From a bacterium (GTDB lineage: Bacteria; Krumholzibacteriota; Krumholzibacteriia; LZORAL124-64-63), in NCBI GenBank assembly GCA_031441465.1, contig JANOEP010000039.1:15221-79220 (forward strand): DNA of 64,000 bases, written 5' to 3'. The notes below the pieces were generated by a model. It saw nothing but the letters and a program-made list of their open reading frames with translations, was not told where the DNA came from and did no database searches. Shown in pieces: positions 59,392 through 64,000 of the stretch. Made by a program: the position numbers and the translations under genes. Numbering within the stretch: the stretch's first letter is position 1; each line of letters opens with the position of its first letter.

Positions 59392-61179
59392 TCATTCCCG
59401 CGGCAACAGCTTGGCCGGCACGTCCATCTCCATCTCCAGCAGGGCCTGCGACAGCGTCTTGCCCTGCGGGTCCAGCATGAGCGACACGGTGCCGCCGCCG
59501 CCCAGGGTCCGCTCCAGCAGGAAGTTCAGGGCCAGCAGGTTGGGCGCCTCGTGGCGCGTGACCCGGCCCAGCACGATGCCCTTGAAGAAACGCCGCACCA
59601 CGGCCGGCTTCAGTTCCCGGCGCAGCCAGGCGTACAGTTCGGGGCTGCGGCACAGCACGCCGATGTTGCAGGTGTCGCCCTTGTCGCCGGAACGCGCGTA
59701 GGCCACCGCGCGCAGCTTCACGCGACGCGTGCGGCCGCCGGCGGCGGGCGGGGGCGGCGCCTTGACGGCGGCCACGGGGGTGCCGAGGCGCGGTGGCGCC
59801 GGATCCGCGAAGGCGATGGACTCGCTGCGTTCGAGGCCGTGGGTGTCGAGGGCGGTGACCCGGGCCGCGACGCTGCTGCGGCGGATCAGGGCGGGCCAGT
59901 AGGCCACGACCTCCGACGGCTTCGGCCGCCCTCCGGTCACCGCCAGCCCCGAGGGCCCCGACAGGATCATCGTCGGCAGCACCATCCCGAAGTCGTGGAC
60001 CTTGGCGCGGTCGTGGTCGCGGACGCCCAGGCGCAGCAGCACCTCGTCGGTCTCGCAACGGCCGAGGGTCTCCGGCCAGATCGAGCCGGTGCCCACGACC
60101 GAGGTGTGGGTCGCGACGAATCGGTGCCCGACGCGGTTCCAGAAGGCGCGTGCGAGCGTCTCCGCCTTTTCCGTGGCGTCGGGCCCGCTGACCAGGATGG
60201 TGCCGGTCGCCTTCCAGCCGTCCTGGTAGGCCATCGAGACCTTGAAGTTCTCGGGCCGCGGCGTCCCGCGCACGCCCGAGACGCGCACCCGGTCGCGGCC
60301 GAGGTCCTCCAGGCCGATGGTGTCGAAGCGGGCGATGACGTCGGGCGAGATGTAGCAGCGCGGGTCGCCCATCTCGTAGACGAGCTGCTCCTTCACGGTC
60401 TTCTCGCTGACGAGCCCGCCGGTGCGGCGGTGCTTGGTCACGACGAAGGACCCGTCCGGCGACACTTCGACGATCGGGTAGCCGATGCGGTCGAAGGTGG
60501 GCACGTCGCGCCAGTCGGTCAGGTTGCCGCCGGTGGCCTGCGTGCCGCATTCGATGACGTGGCCGGCGACGATGCCCGCGGCGAGGCGGTCCCAGTCGTC
60601 CTCGTTCCAGCCGAACTCGTGCATCAGCGGCGCCAGCGTGATGCCGGTGTCGGTCACCCGACCGGTCACCACGACGCGGCAGCCCATCTCTAGCGCCCGC
60701 ACGACGGGTTCGGCGCCGAGGTAGACGTTGGCGGCGGACACCCGCGACAGGTGCGGCGCCAGGGGTGCGCCCGTCTCCATGTTGTCCAGGGGGTCGCCGC
60801 CGTCGCGCAGCTCCGTCAGCCGGCCCAGGATATCGTCGCCGGAGACCACGCCCACCTTCAGGCGCAGTCCCAGCTCGCGCGCGATCTCCACCAGCTTGCG
60901 GCCGAGCCCCTCGGGGTTCACGCCGCCGGCGTTGGTGATGACCGTCGCGCCGGTCTCCATCATCAAGGGCAGGCAGTCGCGCATCTGGTCGACGAAGTCC
61001 GTCGCGTAGCCCAGCGAGGGATCCTTGGCGCGCTGTCGCTGCAGGATGGACATGGTGACTTCGGCCAGGTAGTCCAGGGAGACGTAGTCCAGCGGTCCGC
61101 CTTCGAGTTGGCGGCGCAGCGCGCGGACGTCGTCGCCCCAGTACCCGCCGGCGTTGCCGATGCGGACGGTGCGCGTCAT
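59392..61179 (-). CDS. AtuA-family (DUF1446) acyclic terpene utilisation-like protein.
   Basis: It has the N-terminus VRIGNAGGYWGDD and length and similarity throughout. The start is at MTRTV (61179) after GGGAG. Confidence 0.7.
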   Translation of the reverse strand: MTRTVRIGNAGGYWGDDVRALRRQLEGGPLDYVSLDYLAEVTMSILQRQRAKDPSLGYATDFVDQMRDCLPLMMETGATVITNAGGVNPEGLGRKLVEIARELGLRLKVGVVSGDDILGRLTELRDGGDPLDNMETGAPLAPHLSRVSAANVYLGAEPVVRALEMGCRVVVTGRVTDTGITLAPLMHEFGWNEDDWDRLAAGIVAGHVIECGTQATGGNLTDWRDVPTFDRIGYPIVEVSPDGSFVVTKHRRTGGLVSEKTVKEQLVYEMGDPRCYISPDVIARFDTIGLEDLGRDRVRVSGVRGTPRPENFKVSMAYQDGWKATGTILVSGPDATEKAETLARAFWNRVGHRFVATHTSVVGTGSIWPETLGRCETDEVLLRLGVRDHDRAKVHDFGMVLPTMILSGPSGLAVTGGRPKPSEVVAYWPALIRRSSVAARVTALDTHGLERSESIAFADPAPPRLGTPVAAVKAPPPPAAGGRTRRVKLRAVAYARSGDKGDTCNIGVLCRSPELYAWLRRELKPAVVRRFFKGIVLGRVTRHEAPNLLALNFLLERTLGGGGTVSLMLDPQGKTLSQALLEMEMDVPAKLLPRE

Positions 61180-61325
61180 GGATGGCTCCCGGTTGGCGTG
61201 GGCGGACGGCAAGGGATGCTATAGGCGACGCCGATCCGGAACAAGATGTGATTTCCGGCATCGCTCGGGTAAGGAGCCGGGATCGAGGGGTCCCCGATCC
61301 CGGCTCTGGACGTCCACGGGCGGGA

Positions 61326-61751
61326 TCAGCTCTGCAGATCGGCGTCGGCCTGCTTCAGCAGGGCGGCGAAGGCGGCCGCGTCACGGCCCTCGATCTCCAT
61401 GCGATGGATGTACCGCACGGCCTTGCCGTCGCGCAGCAGCAGGACCGAAGGGCTGCTCGGGGCGAAGCTGCCGAACCGGGCGCGGACCTGGGAGGTGGCT
61501 TCGAGATCCATGCCGGCGAAGACCGTCCCGAGGTGGTCGGGGCGATTCGAATCGGCCAGGAACAGGCTTAAGCCGGGTCGGGCGCTGCCGGCGGCGCAAC
61601 CGCAGACCGAGTTGAAAAACAGCAGGGAGGTGCCCGGGCGCGCCAGGAAAGCGTCCACTTCCGAGGCGGTGGTCAGCTCTTCCATCCCTAGGCGGGTCAA
61701 TTCGGACCTCATGTGCTGGGTCATCACGGGATCGTACATCATCCACTCCAA
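61326..61751 (-). CDS. Bacilliredoxin-like (BrxA/BrxB, DUF1094) thioredoxin-fold protein.
   Basis: CGCAAG is the bacilliredoxin CGC active-site motif, in a 140-aa thioredoxin-like scaffold. The true start may be an internal M at about 61739. Confidence 0.55.
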   Translation of the reverse strand: MEWMMYDPVMTQHMRSELTRLGMEELTTASEVDAFLARPGTSLLFFNSVCGCAAGSARPGLSLFLADSNRPDHLGTVFAGMDLEATSQVRARFGSFAPSSPSVLLLRDGKAVRYIHRMEIEGRDAAAFAALLKQADADLQS

Positions 61752-61785
61752 CCAATTGAGGGGAGGGCGAGTTTAGGGAGAATGA

Positions 61786-61806
61786 TTATGATATCTGTAA
61801 TCATAA
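61786..61806. promoter_or_regulatory. Inverted repeat TTATGAT-7-ATCATAA in an AT-rich divergent intergenic region. It is Fur-box-like.
   Basis: GAGAATGATTATGATATCT matches the 19-bp Fur consensus GATAATGATAATCATTATC at about 13 of 19 positions. It sits between the bacilliredoxin gene and the lipoprotein gene. Confidence 0.3.
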
Positions 61807-61879
61807 AATAGCGCCACGAATCAGGCTATTGTCGGTCCTGACTTGAAATCCCGGCGTCGCGGCCTATCCTTGGGGCAGG

Positions 61880-62704
61880 TTGAGCGACCCGAACCCCCGG
61901 AGGCACCCGGTGAAGACGACGACCCTGGCGATCCTCGCGATCGCGTTGTCCGTGGCCCTGATCGGCTGCGGCGAAAAGAAGAGCGATTCAGCCGCCGCCT
62001 GGAACCAGAAGGCCGCGGCCGCGGCCAAGGACTCCCCGAGCGAGGCCGCGCCGCCCGGCATGGCCGCCGGCGGCAATCTCGGCGGTGTAGTGGCCGAGAC
62101 GTTCAATTCCGGCGGCTACACTTATGTCCGGCTCAAGACGGCCGGCGGCGAGCTGTGGGCGGCCGGTCCCGAGGGCCCGATGCAGGTCGGGCAGAAGCTC
62201 GAACTGGTGGGCGCCATGGCCATGCAGAACTTCCACGCTGCGAGCCTCAACCGCGACTTCGCGGAGATCTGGTTCGCGGCCTCCTTCGCCGCGCCGGGCC
62301 AGGCCCCCCCGGTGGACATGCAGGCGGAGATCAAGAAGGCCCACGGCGGAGTGGCCGTCGGCAAAGCCGACGCCGACTTCAGCGGCCTGACGACCCCGTC
62401 GGGCGGTCTGAAGGTCGCCGAGGTGAACACGCGCCGCGCCGAGCTGGCGGGCCGGTCCGTCAAGGTGCGGGGCAAGGTCGTCAAGTCGCTGACCGGCATC
62501 ATGGGCCACAACTGGCTGCACGTGCAGGACGGTTCGGGCGACGGCGAGACCGCCGACCTGACCGTGACCACCGACGCCGCCGCCAAGGTCGGCGATACGG
62601 TCCTGATCGAGGGCGTGCTCGCGGTCGACAAGGACTTCGGCAGCGGCTACTTCTACAAGGCGATCGTCGAGGACGCCGCCGTCCGCGTGGAGCAGTCCTC
62701 GTAG
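61880..62704 (+). CDS. Lipoprotein with two OB-fold-like repeats (hypothetical).
   Basis: It has a lipobox (LIGCG). Two internally similar segments are GGYTYVRLKTAGGELWAAGPEGPMQVGQKLELVG and KVRGKVVKSLTGIMGHNWLHVQDGSGDGETADLTV. Confidence 0.5.
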   Translation: MSDPNPRRHPVKTTTLAILAIALSVALIGCGEKKSDSAAAWNQKAAAAAKDSPSEAAPPGMAAGGNLGGVVAETFNSGGYTYVRLKTAGGELWAAGPEGPMQVGQKLELVGAMAMQNFHAASLNRDFAEIWFAASFAAPGQAPPVDMQAEIKKAHGGVAVGKADADFSGLTTPSGGLKVAEVNTRRAELAGRSVKVRGKVVKSLTGIMGHNWLHVQDGSGDGETADLTVTTDAAAKVGDTVLIEGVLAVDKDFGSGYFYKAIVEDAAVRVEQSS

Positions 62705-62785
62705 GACCGGCCGTCACCGGCTGTGCGACGGACGGCGGCTGCGGTCGCCGTCCGTCTTGTTGGTCCCGGGGGATCCGGAGCCGAG

Positions 62786-63967
62786 ATGAGCGAGCGCACC
62801 ATCCTGCACGTGGACATGGACGCCTTCTTCGCTTCGGTGGAGGTGCTCGACGACCCGCGCCTGCGGGGCAAGCCGGTGATCGTCGGCGGCACGCCCGAGG
62901 GCCGCGGCGTGGTGTCGGCCGCCAGCTACGAGGCGCGCCGCTACGGCGTGCGCAGCGCCATGAGCGCGGCGCGCGCGGTCCGGCTCTGCCCCGACGGCGT
63001 GTTCCTGCGCGGGCGCATGGAGCGCTACGCCGAGGTCTCGGGCTGGATCTTCGACGTCTTCCACGAGATCTCCCCGCTGGTCGAACCGCTGTCGGTGGAC
63101 GAGGCGTTCCTGGACGTCGGCGGCTGCCGGCGCCTGCTCGGAGACGGCCCCACCATCGGGCGCCTCGTGAAACGGCGCCTCCTCGACGAGATCGGGCTGG
63201 TCGCGTCGGTCGGCGTGGCGCCGAACAAGTTCCTGGCCAAGCTGGCGAGCGACCTGGAGAAGCCGGACGGCTTCGTGGTGGTCGATCCCGCGCGAATCCA
63301 GGAATTCCTCGACCCGCTCCCGGTGAGCCGGATGTGGGGCGTGGGGGAGAAGTCCGCCGCCGTCCTGGAGTCCCTCGGCATCCGGACGGTTCGCGACCTG
63401 CGGCTCGCCGACGCAGTCCGCCTGGAGTCGCGCCTGGGTGCGGCCTTCACGCAGCACGTGAGGGAACTGGCGGTCGGCCACGACGAGCGGCCGGTGACGA
63501 CCGACCACGAGGCCCGCAGCATCGGCCACGAGATCACCTTCGCCGAGGACATCGGCGAGCGCGAGGCGCTGGTGGAGGTCCTCGACCAGCTCGCGCACAA
63601 GGTGGCCCGCCGGCTGCGCCGCGCCGGCAAGCTGGCGCGCACGGTGCAGCTCAAGGCCCGCTTCCCCGACTTCACGACCGTGACGCGCGCCGAGACCTTG
63701 CCCGAGCCCACCGACCGCACCGATGTGCTGCGCGACGCCGGCCGCCGCCTTTTCGACGGGCAGCTCGATCGGCAGGGCCGCCCCCTGCGGCTGATCGGCC
63801 TCTCGGGCCAGAACCTCGTCGATCACGAGGTGCGGCCGCCGACCCTGTTCCCGGATCCCGCCGAGGAACGCGGCCGCGCGCTCGACACGATCATGGACCG
63901 GGCCGCCGAGCGTTACGGCGGCCGGGCGATCACCCGCGGTTTGCCGCGCCGCAAGCCCAAGCCCTGA
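62786..63967 (+). CDS. dinB: DNA polymerase IV (Y-family, DinB).
   Basis: ILHVDMDAFFASVE is the catalytic DxD region, and SIDEAFLD and little-finger motifs are present. The start is at MSERTI, 21 codons downstream of the ORF-track start. Confidence 0.85.
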   Translation: MSERTILHVDMDAFFASVEVLDDPRLRGKPVIVGGTPEGRGVVSAASYEARRYGVRSAMSAARAVRLCPDGVFLRGRMERYAEVSGWIFDVFHEISPLVEPLSVDEAFLDVGGCRRLLGDGPTIGRLVKRRLLDEIGLVASVGVAPNKFLAKLASDLEKPDGFVVVDPARIQEFLDPLPVSRMWGVGEKSAAVLESLGIRTVRDLRLADAVRLESRLGAAFTQHVRELAVGHDERPVTTDHEARSIGHEITFAEDIGEREALVEVLDQLAHKVARRLRRAGKLARTVQLKARFPDFTTVTRAETLPEPTDRTDVLRDAGRRLFDGQLDRQGRPLRLIGLSGQNLVDHEVRPPTLFPDPAEERGRALDTIMDRAAERYGGRAITRGLPRRKPKP

Positions 63968-64000
63968 CCCGGCAGTCGCAGCTTGCGGGTCCGGGCGGCT

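Overview
This 64 kb window is about 70% GC and gene-dense. It looks like a chromosomal segment of a diderm bacterium: TonB-dependent receptor, TolC, an OMP beta-barrel and a T9SS-type C-terminal domain are all present. The T9SS-type domain suggests an FCB-related or Gemmatimonadota-like lineage, but that is inference only. The GC content makes long spurious antisense ORFs common. I therefore called genes from protein motifs. I derived start codons by locating start codons and RBS in the DNA and checking frame against the ORF track.

Main content, left to right:
- A truncated cyclic beta-1,2-glucan synthase (NdvB/ChvB-like) on the minus strand, running off the 5' edge. The ORF track misses it because the ORF is open-ended.
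- A small XRE-like HTH ORF, an Ivy-family lysozyme inhibitor, a TonB-dependent receptor and an OMP barrel.
- An efflux cluster with two tandem HlyD-type adaptors, an FtsX-type permease with no ATPase, and TolC, with a GrpB gene apparently coupled at its end.
- A giant 2757-aa secreted repetitive protein with a T9SS-type C-terminal sorting domain.
- thyX, a long-form urocanase, a Yip1-family protein, a C1 peptidase, saccharopine dehydrogenase and a two-subunit class I fumarate hydratase.
- Wzz-like and flippase polysaccharide genes, a double-FKBP lipoprotein, and a membrane H+/Na+-pyrophosphatase.
- A complete group 3b (sulfhydrogenase-type) [NiFe]-hydrogenase operon (beta-gamma-delta-alpha) with its maturation endopeptidase, followed by a response regulator and histidine kinase.
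- A lower-GC, AT-rich islet carrying a DUF4143 AAA-ATPase and a sulfotransferase disrupted by a G11 homopolymer.
- A full hypABFCDE maturation operon, an aminotransferase, a MOSC/AtuA/SRPBCC operon, a bacilliredoxin-like gene, an OB-fold-like lipoprotein and DinB (Pol IV).

The most unusual observations are these. Two unrelated small secreted proteins share a C-terminal motif, GSWG[AG]VKA[AL][WY]R, which may be a new sorting or recognition tag. The giant modular T9SS-tailed protein is built from six divergent repeat units. The sulfotransferase looks phase-variable or frameshifted, and sits behind a near-consensus promoter and operator palindromes. The efflux permease has no ATPase partner in the cluster.
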